Assembly: GCA_038882535.1 (NCBI GenBank)
Contig: JAVZOA010000001.1
Span: 731 to 64,730, forward strand
Reading direction: 5' to 3'
DNA from: Candidatus Bathyarchaeia archaeon
Lineage (GTDB): Archaea > Thermoproteota > Bathyarchaeia > Bathyarchaeales > Bathycorpusculaceae
DNA: 64,000 nt
The notes below the pieces were generated by a model. That model worked only from the letters and a program-made list of their open reading frames with translations. It was not told where the DNA came from and made no database searches. Numbering within the stretch: position 1 is the first letter of the stretch; every line of letters begins with the position of its first letter. This document shows positions 55,566-63,485 of the stretch, piece by piece. The translations under genes were made by a program, and so were the position numbers.

Positions 55566-55667
55566 ATGAAAACAATCAGAATATCAGATGAAACCCACAA
55601 AAAACTAACCGAAATCCTCGGAAAACTCACAGCCGAAACAGGCAAAATGCAAACATATGAAAAGTAA
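55566..55667 (+). CDS. possible mini RHH-like peptide (33 aa)
   Basis: MKTIRISDETHKKLTEILGKLTAETGKMQTYEK starts 4 nt after the previous stop. Its N-terminal strand/helix resembles an RHH. Too short for confidence. Confidence 0.3.
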   Translation: MKTIRISDETHKKLTEILGKLTAETGKMQTYEK

Positions 55668-55699
55668 TAACAGCTCTACAATCCTTAGGGTAAATGATT

Positions 55700-55714
55700 T
55701 TAAACTTTAAATGT
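55700..55714 (+). repeat. 15-bp sequence ttaaactttaaatgt, perfect inverted copy at 63016..63030; also BRE/TATA-like
   Basis: Exact reverse-complement match. Lies at the left edge of the low-G+C block, about 26 nt upstream of the ATG at 55736. Confidence 0.7.
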
Positions 55715-55735
55715 TTGTCTTGCTTATTTGCATCT

Positions 55736-56548
55736 ATGTATTTAGACATAGTTATGCCTATTACTCTTTTCGGGATTACACTGACATCCGTTATATTGAG
55801 CGAAAAAATTGAAGATAAGTTTACAATATTTTTAAAAGAAAAACAAATCACGAGTAAAGAAACAGCTTTGCTTATAATTCTAATGATTGTTCTAATAACA
55901 TTAGTTGCAATGAGTTCTCGATATGGTATTATAAATCCATTGATAGTGCTTTTTCTCTTTTCGTTCTCAGCATTGCTTTTTACTTTTTCTTATATCCTAT
56001 TAAACGAAAAATGGTATTTAGCAATAGTGCCGCCAACAATTTTCATATCGCTTTACTGGCTTTTGAAAGACACAATAATTTGGTCGTTATATTTAGCAAA
56101 TATTTATGCTATCGTTTTCGCTATTCTAATAACCCTTTATCTGGGGACGCTTTTTACTTGGAAAACAACATGGATATTCGCTATTCTAATCACCATAGTT
56201 GATGCTACTATGGTTTTTGTGACAAAGTTTATGATTGAAGCCGCGGAAGTTGGTTTAGCCCTAAAATTACCTATAGCGTTAATATTGCCAATTTTTCCTT
56301 CATTCAAGGGCCTAATGATGTTAGGATTAGGCGACCTATTCCTTGCAGGACTCTTAGCTATTCAGCTAAGCAAAAAATTTGGCAAAAATTCTGCATTAAT
56401 CTCGATAATAACCATCACGCTTGCATTTTTCCTTTTTGAATGTTATTCTTTAAACTATTACACTCAACCATTTCCAGCAACTTTAATAGTGATTGCGGGA
56501 TGGTTGCCAGTTGCAATATTAAAGGGTAAACTAAAATGTCAAAAGTAA
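55736..56548 (+). CDS. presenilin/signal-peptide-peptidase-like intramembrane aspartyl protease (GxGD type)
   Basis: IVDATMVFVTKFMIEAAE parallels the archaeal presenilin homolog YDAISVYRTKHMITLAE. Has GLGDLFLAGLL (GxGD) and a late FPATL (PAL-like), and is multi-TM. The longest ORF starts at 55694. Confidence 0.7.
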   Translation: MYLDIVMPITLFGITLTSVILSEKIEDKFTIFLKEKQITSKETALLIILMIVLITLVAMSSRYGIINPLIVLFLFSFSALLFTFSYILLNEKWYLAIVPPTIFISLYWLLKDTIIWSLYLANIYAIVFAILITLYLGTLFTWKTTWIFAILITIVDATMVFVTKFMIEAAEVGLALKLPIALILPIFPSFKGLMMLGLGDLFLAGLLAIQLSKKFGKNSALISIITITLAFFLFECYSLNYYTQPFPATLIVIAGWLPVAILKGKLKCQK

Positions 56549-56632
56549 TTACAAGGTGAGGAAGGCAGAAGTATGAAACACGATAGCTGCAGACAAACTT
56601 AAATCCTCTTATCGTTCATTTATTAATATGCT

Positions 56633-56758
56633 ATGGAAGAAAAATGCAAAAAATGCGGCAAGATAGTTTCACTATGGGAATTAAAACGTTATAATGGTAT
56701 TTGTTCAACCTGTTTTTCGATTGAAATCAATCGTAAAAAACGGAAGCCTTTGTTATAA
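56633..56758 (+). CDS. possible small zinc-ribbon protein (41 aa)
   Basis: MEEKCKKCGKIVSLWELKRYNGICSTCFSIEINRKKRKPLL has two CxxC pairs. Not in the track because it is under 60 aa. Confidence 0.35.
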   Translation: MEEKCKKCGKIVSLWELKRYNGICSTCFSIEINRKKRKPLL

Positions 56759-56845
56759 TATGAGTTGTTTACCGATAAGCAAACTTTGGTGTTTTCGCCG
56801 GTGCAAAACTATAAATATCCCTTTTAATGCTACAATAACAATAGA

Positions 56846-57058
56846 ATGGTTGAAAAAGACCTTTCACAAAAAATAATTACCTTATTAAAAAGTAATCCAG
56901 GACAAACGATAAAGGAAATAGCCATCCAACTTAAAGTCAATAGAACTTTTCTTTCAGGCTACCTCAGAGCACTTGAAGATAAAGGTTTTATCAAATCTAA
57001 AGAAGTAGGATCGGCGAGAGTTTATTTTGCGAGGGTTTCAGATGATGTTACAAAATAA
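56846..57058 (+). CDS. winged-helix transcriptional regulator (MarR/ArsR-like)
   Basis: QTIKEIAIQLKVNRTFLSGYLRALEDKGFIKSKEVGSARVYF. The 3' end overlaps the methyltransferase start. Confidence 0.65.
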   Translation: MVEKDLSQKIITLLKSNPGQTIKEIAIQLKVNRTFLSGYLRALEDKGFIKSKEVGSARVYFARVSDDVTK

Positions 57059-59039
57059 TCGTTTTTCACCCGGTGAGAAGTTATGTATTTGTAAGCTAAA
57101 ACATGATATCAGGGTTGAAAGTAAGATAGATCTTGCGAGAGAAGAAATTAAAGTATCTATCGGTGTAGAGCCTGAAACTGTTTATTCGTTGCCTCTTTTA
57201 ATTAAAAAGGAACCCATTGTCACCAAGCTTCACGATAAAGTCTTGCACAGAATGATGAGATTGCTTTATCTTGGCAAAGCTCAAGGATTTATATTTAAAG
57301 AGTTTGATATTACCAATTTAAAAAAATTAGCAAAACGCGCAACTTACCTGCGCGAATTTTATGTAATTCTGAAGATACCAAAGTATGATATAATTAATTT
57401 AGTTAATGAGCTGGATTATAAATGTAATCCTATCGAACTACAAAAAACTGAACAATTCATAGATATCTCGCCAAACCTTCAAGTATTCAACCAACAATTA
57501 AATGCGGAATATTATCTCGCAACTTTAATATTTATTCCATGCCAAACAATCCTTGAGTACTGCTCTGAAATTCTTAAGTTACCTTATGTAACCTTCACAA
57601 AACAGTTTACAAATCTTTCCGAAAGAATTAAAGTAATGGAAAAAGGTGTTGAAAAAGGAATAGATGAACTTTTTGATCATTTAAATCATGAATTTGATAG
57701 AATGCCTTGGCTTGGACTTTTCAAAGAGCATATCGGGGACTATGTTGATTGGGCTTTTTCAGATTTTAGAACGTGGGGTCTACATTTTATTCATAAGCAT
57801 GAAGGAAAGGCTGATCCATGGTTAGCTCGATCTGCATTGAATCTGTTAGGTGTTGAGGAAGGCTGCAAGGTTTTAGATCCTTTTTGCGGCTCCGGTAGTT
57901 TTATAGCAGACGCGCCTCTTATGAATATTAATGCATACGGGGTAGACATAAACCCGCTTTCAACATTGATTGCAAGGGTAAAATGTAGTCTTACCGAACT
58001 TCCACTAATTGAATTGAAAGAAACAATGCTAAAAATTCATGATAAAGCTTTGGCCAATGACCTTTCTGTAGGCAAGATAAAATTTCAACAACTAATAAAA
58101 GACTTAGGCGTCAGGGAAATACATGAGTTATCCCATAAGCAGAAGTTATTTGAAAAAATATTATCGATAAAGGAGAGCATAGATGCTTACGCACATAATG
58201 AATTAGTAAAAGACTTCCTATATACAATTTTAAGCCGATCCATAATTGATGTTTCTGAGAAAAAGAAAATTAATATTTGGTACAATTTTATCTCGGATTT
58301 TATAAATTTCTATCTTTTAGCTTATGCAACTCAACAAGCCTTGCGCAAATTAAACGTAGAATCTAAAGGTTGCTGTAAAATAATAACGGGTGATTCGCAC
58401 AGTATCCAAGAGTTATTAGGATATGAAAAAGTGGATGGAATTGTATGTTCGCCGCCATACTTTGATGCATTGGATTACGTAAGCTTCTCGATGTTGCCTA
58501 TACTTATTCTTGGATTACATGACGAAGCAAAAGAACTTTATATCAATACTATAGGGTCAAAAGCAAGAACTGCAAACTTAGACAAAGATTGTATATTAAC
58601 ATTGCCCGAGTCGAGCAGACATTTGATAAATGAACTTCTAAATCATAAGAGGCAGAAAAAAGCTCAGGTGGTGCTGAAATATTTATTAGATATGAGAGAT
58701 TGCCTAACCGAATTTTCTAAGATTGTTAAACAAGGGTCACGTGTTATATTTGTCGTAGGGAGATATCACCATTGGAAATTTGGTGCAAGTGAAATGCAAG
58801 TTGATGGAGCCCAAGTGTTAATTGACCTGGGAGAAAGCGCAGGGCTCGTATTAGAAGATGAATTATCTCATAACATTTCAAAGATAGAGGCTGGCAAAAG
58901 GATTAAGGAGGAGTCCGTCATAATCTGGAAAAAGGATAACATTCCGAGTAAGAGGAATTTGGAACGTTCTAAAAATGTGATTAAATTTTATCAAGAAAAA
59001 AGTAGGATTAAAGGATTAGATGCATGGTTAGGGACTTAA
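57042..59039 (+). CDS. DNA (amino) methyltransferase with about 280-aa unknown N-terminal region
   Basis: Motif I VLDPFCGSGSFI and motif IV IVCSPPYFD about 195 aa later. The SPPY tetrapeptide is typical of N4-cytosine/N6-adenine MTases. Confidence 0.75.
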   Translation: MMLQNNRFSPGEKLCICKLKHDIRVESKIDLAREEIKVSIGVEPETVYSLPLLIKKEPIVTKLHDKVLHRMMRLLYLGKAQGFIFKEFDITNLKKLAKRATYLREFYVILKIPKYDIINLVNELDYKCNPIELQKTEQFIDISPNLQVFNQQLNAEYYLATLIFIPCQTILEYCSEILKLPYVTFTKQFTNLSERIKVMEKGVEKGIDELFDHLNHEFDRMPWLGLFKEHIGDYVDWAFSDFRTWGLHFIHKHEGKADPWLARSALNLLGVEEGCKVLDPFCGSGSFIADAPLMNINAYGVDINPLSTLIARVKCSLTELPLIELKETMLKIHDKALANDLSVGKIKFQQLIKDLGVREIHELSHKQKLFEKILSIKESIDAYAHNELVKDFLYTILSRSIIDVSEKKKINIWYNFISDFINFYLLAYATQQALRKLNVESKGCCKIITGDSHSIQELLGYEKVDGIVCSPPYFDALDYVSFSMLPILILGLHDEAKELYINTIGSKARTANLDKDCILTLPESSRHLINELLNHKRQKKAQVVLKYLLDMRDCLTEFSKIVKQGSRVIFVVGRYHHWKFGASEMQVDGAQVLIDLGESAGLVLEDELSHNISKIEAGKRIKEESVIIWKKDNIPSKRNLERSKNVIKFYQEKSRIKGLDAWLGT

Positions 59040-59043
59040 CTTC

Positions 59044-60315
59044 TTAAGATAAGCCTTCTACAAGTGCTGGTAAGCCCTCTATTATTGGATATAATGGAAC
59101 AACCTCACCGCGTTGAATCCCAGAATCCTCTTTGTAAAGACATTTTAGATGCACTATTTTTTTATTAGTTCTGTTGCTTGCGAAGTTCATGATCTCCGTA
59201 GATACTGCTGCGTCTGGGCACTCCTTCACTTTATCTTCGCCACAGATATTAACACAAGTTAAATTTTGCGGCTCCATTTTATCGAATTTCAAATCGCCTT
59301 CAACTTCTCGTTCAATGAACGTCTTGCACATGATAAAACTTCTATAGCACCTATTACATTTAAAGCCAAAGTCAAACCATGACCCTATTTTCTTATTGCC
59401 TATTAGCACGTTTATCTGTGTTGTAGGAATTGCACAAGCCCCTGAAAATGTTGCCACCAGTTCTGCCTTTCGAGTTCTGAAGAAGGCTCTTTCTCTTCCC
59501 ACTTCAATTCCCATTACTTTACCGCCCTTTATGATTAAGAAATCTGGGGTCGGAACCATCGGAACCCCGTTACGGTTTGAGAGGAAATTTCTCAGTCCCT
59601 TAAAAATTCGTTGATACAATAATGTTGGAATAACAAAACCGATATTTTCAAATACCAATTTTTGCCACACAAAGAGCTCTTTAGCTAAACCTGTGTTCTT
59701 GATTAGAAAAGGTGGAGTTGTTTCCGGAAGAAATTTTTCCTTTATTTTGTCTTCCAGAACCTCGAGAGATAACGCTCCATAACCTAAAATTTGTTCAATT
59801 TTTCGTTTTAAAATAGGATTTGAAAAAATTAAATTTGCATAATGGCTTGCAATAACGGATCTCATTTCATTTTGTGCATCCTTATATGTTCTTGGGAAAG
59901 GAACAGTGCTGGGATGAAATGGTTCATGGTCTTTATGCGTTTCACTCGGAGGATGAATATTCGTTAACAATAGATAATTTATAAAGTAAAGAAGATACTT
60001 TTGAGCTTGTTTCATGCCTTCTTTATCATCCGTACCAATACAATTCGCAATATACATAGTCAAACGGGAAGTTAAAAGAAATTCAATGATATCAGCTGCG
60101 TTCCAAACGCCTATACTTCCCCAATCACAAAACGTTTTTTTAATTTCCTGCCGTTTGCTCAATGAAGAGAACGCATTTTCCAGTTCGCCAATTTTATTTT
60201 TTGCAGTGGGCGGAAAAAGTTTTTCCATATCATCTGATTTCCATACCTTATCAAATTCTCTTAAAAATAACAAAACATCTTCTATCGATTCACATAAATC
60301 TTTAATCATAATCAA
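59044..60315 (-). CDS. nuclease-like protein (PD-(D/E)xK-like core plus Cys cluster), candidate restriction or defence component
   Basis: TPDFLIIKGGKVMGIEVGRE resembles a PD...E core, but the Lys is not in the canonical place. It is followed by CNRC...C and C..C...C. Convergent with the MTase, 4 nt apart. Confidence 0.4.
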   Translation of the reverse strand: MIMIKDLCESIEDVLLFLREFDKVWKSDDMEKLFPPTAKNKIGELENAFSSLSKRQEIKKTFCDWGSIGVWNAADIIEFLLTSRLTMYIANCIGTDDKEGMKQAQKYLLYFINYLLLTNIHPPSETHKDHEPFHPSTVPFPRTYKDAQNEMRSVIASHYANLIFSNPILKRKIEQILGYGALSLEVLEDKIKEKFLPETTPPFLIKNTGLAKELFVWQKLVFENIGFVIPTLLYQRIFKGLRNFLSNRNGVPMVPTPDFLIIKGGKVMGIEVGRERAFFRTRKAELVATFSGACAIPTTQINVLIGNKKIGSWFDFGFKCNRCYRSFIMCKTFIEREVEGDLKFDKMEPQNLTCVNICGEDKVKECPDAAVSTEIMNFASNRTNKKIVHLKCLYKEDSGIQRGEVVPLYPIIEGLPALVEGLS

Positions 60316-60428
60316 ATTTCCCCTCTTCGATTGTATTATATATCAAGTATCACTAATAAACTCAGATAAAATTTTTGTCATTGATTATACCATAAGCTAT
60401 AATAAGTTGTTAAAAAACATTGATCTCG

Positions 60429-61085
60429 ATGAGCGAAAAAGAAACTTTAGATAAGATACGAGTTTATAGAGAAATCATCGCCAGAGTTCTTGAAGCTTTT
60501 AAGGGAGTATCATTCCCCATAGTGGTAGAAGTTGCAACAAATACTAAAGTGGAACCTTTCAATTTAAAGAACAAAGAAGATGCAAAACTTGTTGAAGAGC
60601 TTTCCATGTTAGCAGATATAGTAATAAGAAAATTTTACAGTAAGCCTATAAAAATAAAAAGAATAAATGAAGTAAGTAATTTTCTCGAAAAAGAATTGCC
60701 AAAAGTATTCATTGAAGAAAAGAACAAATTCAACGTCATTAAAAAGTTTGAACACCTCGGTGGAGTAGGATATCCCGACGAGGAGATCCAAGATATCTAT
60801 GGAAGAACAACTTATATTGATATAAAAGGAACAACAAGACCAGAAACAGGCTCGGCCAGAGATTTTTACTTTACACCAGGTGCAGAAACAAGGAAAAAGA
60901 TTAAGGCAGATGCAAGACACGCATTATTAAGTTTTATAATAAGCGGAAGCCCAAATGAGTTCGCAACTAATGGTTGGATACTTGTAGATCTGTCAAAAAT
61001 TTCTGTCAGCATGAAACCTGAATTTAATGCTGACAATACAGAATTGTACCGGAAAGAAACTATAATAGCGGAAGGGCATATATAG
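60429..61085 (+). CDS. type II restriction endonuclease-like protein (PD-(D/E)xK)
   Basis: GYPDEEIQDIYGRTTYIDIKGT gives PD-x15-DIK. A TATA-like CTATAATAAG lies about 25 nt upstream of the ATG at 60429. Confidence 0.55.
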   Translation: MSEKETLDKIRVYREIIARVLEAFKGVSFPIVVEVATNTKVEPFNLKNKEDAKLVEELSMLADIVIRKFYSKPIKIKRINEVSNFLEKELPKVFIEEKNKFNVIKKFEHLGGVGYPDEEIQDIYGRTTYIDIKGTTRPETGSARDFYFTPGAETRKKIKADARHALLSFIISGSPNEFATNGWILVDLSKISVSMKPEFNADNTELYRKETIIAEGHI

Positions 61086-61155
61086 CAACTTTCACTTTTA
61101 CTGATGTTTAAATTTTAAATATCAATAGTGAAATATTGTTGTAATGTGATCTTTT

Positions 61156-61341
61156 ATGGTTCAGTGTCCCAAATGTAAAAGCGAATTAAAAAAGCCTTAC
61201 AAAATTTGGAAATACGGACGTTTTGATGCTGAAGGCTACATATGTGATAATTGTGGAGCAAAATTCAGAATATATTCCAAAAATGGAAAACACAGTTTCA
61301 CGTTGATGCTAAAAAATGGAAAGTACCGAAAAGTAGAATAG
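61156..61341 (+). CDS. small zinc-ribbon protein
   Basis: CPKC ... CDNC pairs in 61 aa. Confidence 0.5.
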   Translation: MVQCPKCKSELKKPYKIWKYGRFDAEGYICDNCGAKFRIYSKNGKHSFTLMLKNGKYRKVE

Positions 61342-61658
61342 CTCTTACAGTTTGGGCAAATTTTTAACAAGCGTTCAGGATGCAATAAAATCCGCAAAAC
61401 TACAGTAGTTAGCGTCAAAAGGAACATGTTTTCCACATCTTGGACAAATTAAGAATTGCCTTGGCAAAGGAGGCGGAATAAGAATCCAAACTCCAACGCC
61501 CAAGCAACGCATACAATCTCTAAATAAGAGAATTTTATCTCATATTCCTTTTTATTGCACTACGAGCGCGCCGAAAGCGGCTTGACTGAGTGAGAATTCA
61601 TATTTTTGGTTCATAAGTGATATCTGAATTTTCCAAATCTACAAAATTTTGATGTGCC

Positions 61659-61838
61659 TTGTCGGAAGCGGACGTAATAACTGTTAGAAAAAAGGCTGTT
61701 TGCCCAAGCTGCGGCATGACAATTGAAAAGGGCGCAGAAATGTTTCGAAGCCTCAAAATGCCAAACAAGTATGTATGCTTAACATGCGCCATCAGAGAAC
61801 AAGAAGAAATAAAGAGAAAGAGGATTGCAAAGGTTTAA
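61659..61838 (+). CDS. possible small zinc-ribbon protein (59 aa, TTG start)
   Basis: CPSC ... CLTC pairs. Its stop overlaps the ATG of the next ORF (TAATG). Not in the track. Confidence 0.3.
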   Translation: MSEADVITVRKKAVCPSCGMTIEKGAEMFRSLKMPNKYVCLTCAIREQEEIKRKRIAKV

Positions 61839-62002
61839 TGACTAAAATGCATAAGTGCCGAGAATGCCGTTTCATAGACTATTTCTCAAGCGAGGATAAA
61901 TACTGGTGCCACCATCACCGCAGATACGCTAACCCCGAAGAAAACGCCTGCGAAAACTTCAAACCAAAAATAAAAGGACCATTAGACAAATACATATGGT
62001 AA
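61838..62002 (+). CDS. small Cys/His-rich protein
   Basis: MTKMHKCRECRFIDYFSSEDKYWCHHHRRYANPEENACENF. The longest ORF starts at 61775. Confidence 0.4.
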   Translation: MTKMHKCRECRFIDYFSSEDKYWCHHHRRYANPEENACENFKPKIKGPLDKYIW

Positions 62003-62080
62003 CAGTTGGTGAAAAATCTACGTGAAAACTTAAACTTTTTAAATCTGTAAACTGAATGAAATACGAATTGGTGATTTGGA

Positions 62081-62323
62081 ATGGTGGAAGCCTTTGTGCT
62101 TGTTCGTGTTGGTTCAAGTGAAACCCTGAACTTCATTAAAACTGTTAAGGAGGAGGTCTCCAAGATTAGGGGAGTTAAAGAGATTCATGGCGTGTTTGGG
62201 CGCTACGACTTTATCATAAGGGTGGAAACCAAGACACTTGAGGAATTAGGCAATCTTGTCACAGACAAAATAAGGGGAATCCAAGGCGTATTAACCACCG
62301 AAACCCTTGTAATAGGATTCTAA
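62081..62323 (+). CDS. stand-alone Lrp/AsnC-type ligand-binding (RAM) domain protein
   Basis: VEAFVLVRV...VKEIHGVFGRYDFIIRVETKTLEELGNLVTDKIRGIQGVLTTETLV is the typical RAM-domain pattern. Confidence 0.7.
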   Translation: MVEAFVLVRVGSSETLNFIKTVKEEVSKIRGVKEIHGVFGRYDFIIRVETKTLEELGNLVTDKIRGIQGVLTTETLVIGF

Positions 62324-62433
62324 ACATGAAGGGCGCCAACAAGGTTTTGCTTTCATTTTTCTAACGATTTCTATGGCTCGTGTTTGGGCCTTCTAACGCT
62401 TAACGATTCTACTTATGAAAAAAGAGGGGATTG

Positions 62434-62736
62434 TTATTTTCGTTTTAACATAGAAATAAAATTGTCTATCGGTATGGCTGGCATGCTTGTAATCTTCACA
62501 GTTCCGCGGGATCCAAGCTCAACAGAAATTCTTGCAACAGTCTCATTATCAGGTGCCTCTACAATATTTACAAAGTCGTAGGGTCCTAAAACCGCCCATT
62601 GATGAATAACCTTAGCGCCAAAAGCCTCAACCTCCTTATTAACCTCTTTAATCCTTTCAGGTCTCTCCTTAATTGTCTTCCTACCCTCAGCCGTTAGCTC
62701 AGAAAGAAGAATATAGGTTGGCAGAATCTCACCCAA
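62434..62736 (-). CDS. GYD-family protein
   Basis: PTYILLSELTAEG...VLGPYDFVNIVEAPDNETVARISVELGSRG has the GYD-type signature. TTG start with TATA-like TTAAAAT about 27 nt upstream. Confidence 0.65.
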   Translation of the reverse strand: MGEILPTYILLSELTAEGRKTIKERPERIKEVNKEVEAFGAKVIHQWAVLGPYDFVNIVEAPDNETVARISVELGSRGTVKITSMPAIPIDNFISMLKRK

Positions 62737-63015
62737 AATTTACTTGACCTCAACGAATTTTAACTTTTCTGTCATACAAAACACGTCGGCGCATCATCAA
62801 CAAAGAAAAAATTTAGATAAAAATGTATAAATTTATTGATAGTTCCAGTAAAGTTTTTATATTGGTGCAAATCACTCTTCTTTTTCCGGAAGGAGATGAA
62901 AGCCCAAAACGGGTTCGGGTGAAATCGTTCTATTTTTGTCCTTCTCTCCTTTCTCCCCTCTTTCGGATCACCCGGACCCGTGGGAAACAACCCAAATTTA
63001 TTACGCCAAAAACAG

Positions 63016-63030
63016 ACATTTAAAGTTTAA
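63016..63030 (-). repeat. inverted copy of the 15-bp sequence at 55700..55714
   Basis: acatttaaagtttaa is the reverse complement of ttaaactttaaatgt. Lies near the right edge of the low-G+C block. Confidence 0.7.
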
Positions 63031-63130
63031 GAAAAAATCTTCTATTACAATTTTCTATAACTATTCCTCATTTCGCATTCTATAATCAAACTTAGATTTC
63101 CAAATTCCATAACTTACCTTGTAAAAGCTT

Positions 63131-63364
63131 CTACTCTATTGGGATTGTTTCCCAGACGCCTCCACGCCTTCTCGGAAACCTGATTCTTATTTGTCCTTCC
63201 CTAAACTCTACTTTAAGGTCCTCTTTCTTAACATCCCTCGGAATTCTCAAAGTCAAAATTACCTCGTCAGCCGTTCTATCCACATCCACCAAGCCGAACT
63301 CCCACCATTCAGGCATCCAGAAGCCAAAGCCAAAGGGTCCAAACCTATAATAATGGTGAGGCAA
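63131..63364 (-). CDS. truncated Hsp20/alpha-crystallin-like protein
   Basis: VDVDRTADEVILTLRIPRDVKKEDLKVEFREGQIRIRF resembles the first strands of the alpha-crystallin domain. At only 77 aa it is incomplete relative to sHSPs. Confidence 0.45.
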   Translation of the reverse strand: MPHHYYRFGPFGFGFWMPEWWEFGLVDVDRTADEVILTLRIPRDVKKEDLKVEFREGQIRIRFPRRRGGVWETIPIE

Positions 63365-63456
63365 ACCACCACCTCCAAAAACAAAACCAAAACGGGAAAA
63401 TAAAAACTTACACCCGCAAAAATGCGGAGACCATTAAAAGAAAAATTTTACTGCCA

Positions 63457-63463
63457 TTTAAAA
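63457..63463 (+). promoter_or_regulatory. TATA-like box upstream of Int(N)
   Basis: TTTAAAA centred about 26 nt upstream of the ATG at 63486, consistent with a leaderless archaeal transcript. Confidence 0.3.
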
Positions 63464-63485
63464 GCCAGAAACAACAAAATAATAT

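Noticed and set aside
62772-63023. ORFs 62772..62990 (minus) and 62823..63023 (plus) in the AT-rich spacer.
   Set aside because: They overlap each other on opposite strands, the minus-strand ORF (62772..62990) starts only at a non-ATG (TTG) codon, and the sequence is low-complexity with no motif. They are probably non-coding, although the minus ORF starts about 26 nt from the inverted 15-mer.
55700-63030. The 15-bp inverted repeat as proof of a transposon.
   Set aside because: There is no transposase-like gene inside and no target-site duplication at the flanks. The 15-mer also looks like an archaeal BRE/TATA element. I keep it as an open observation, not as a called mobile element.
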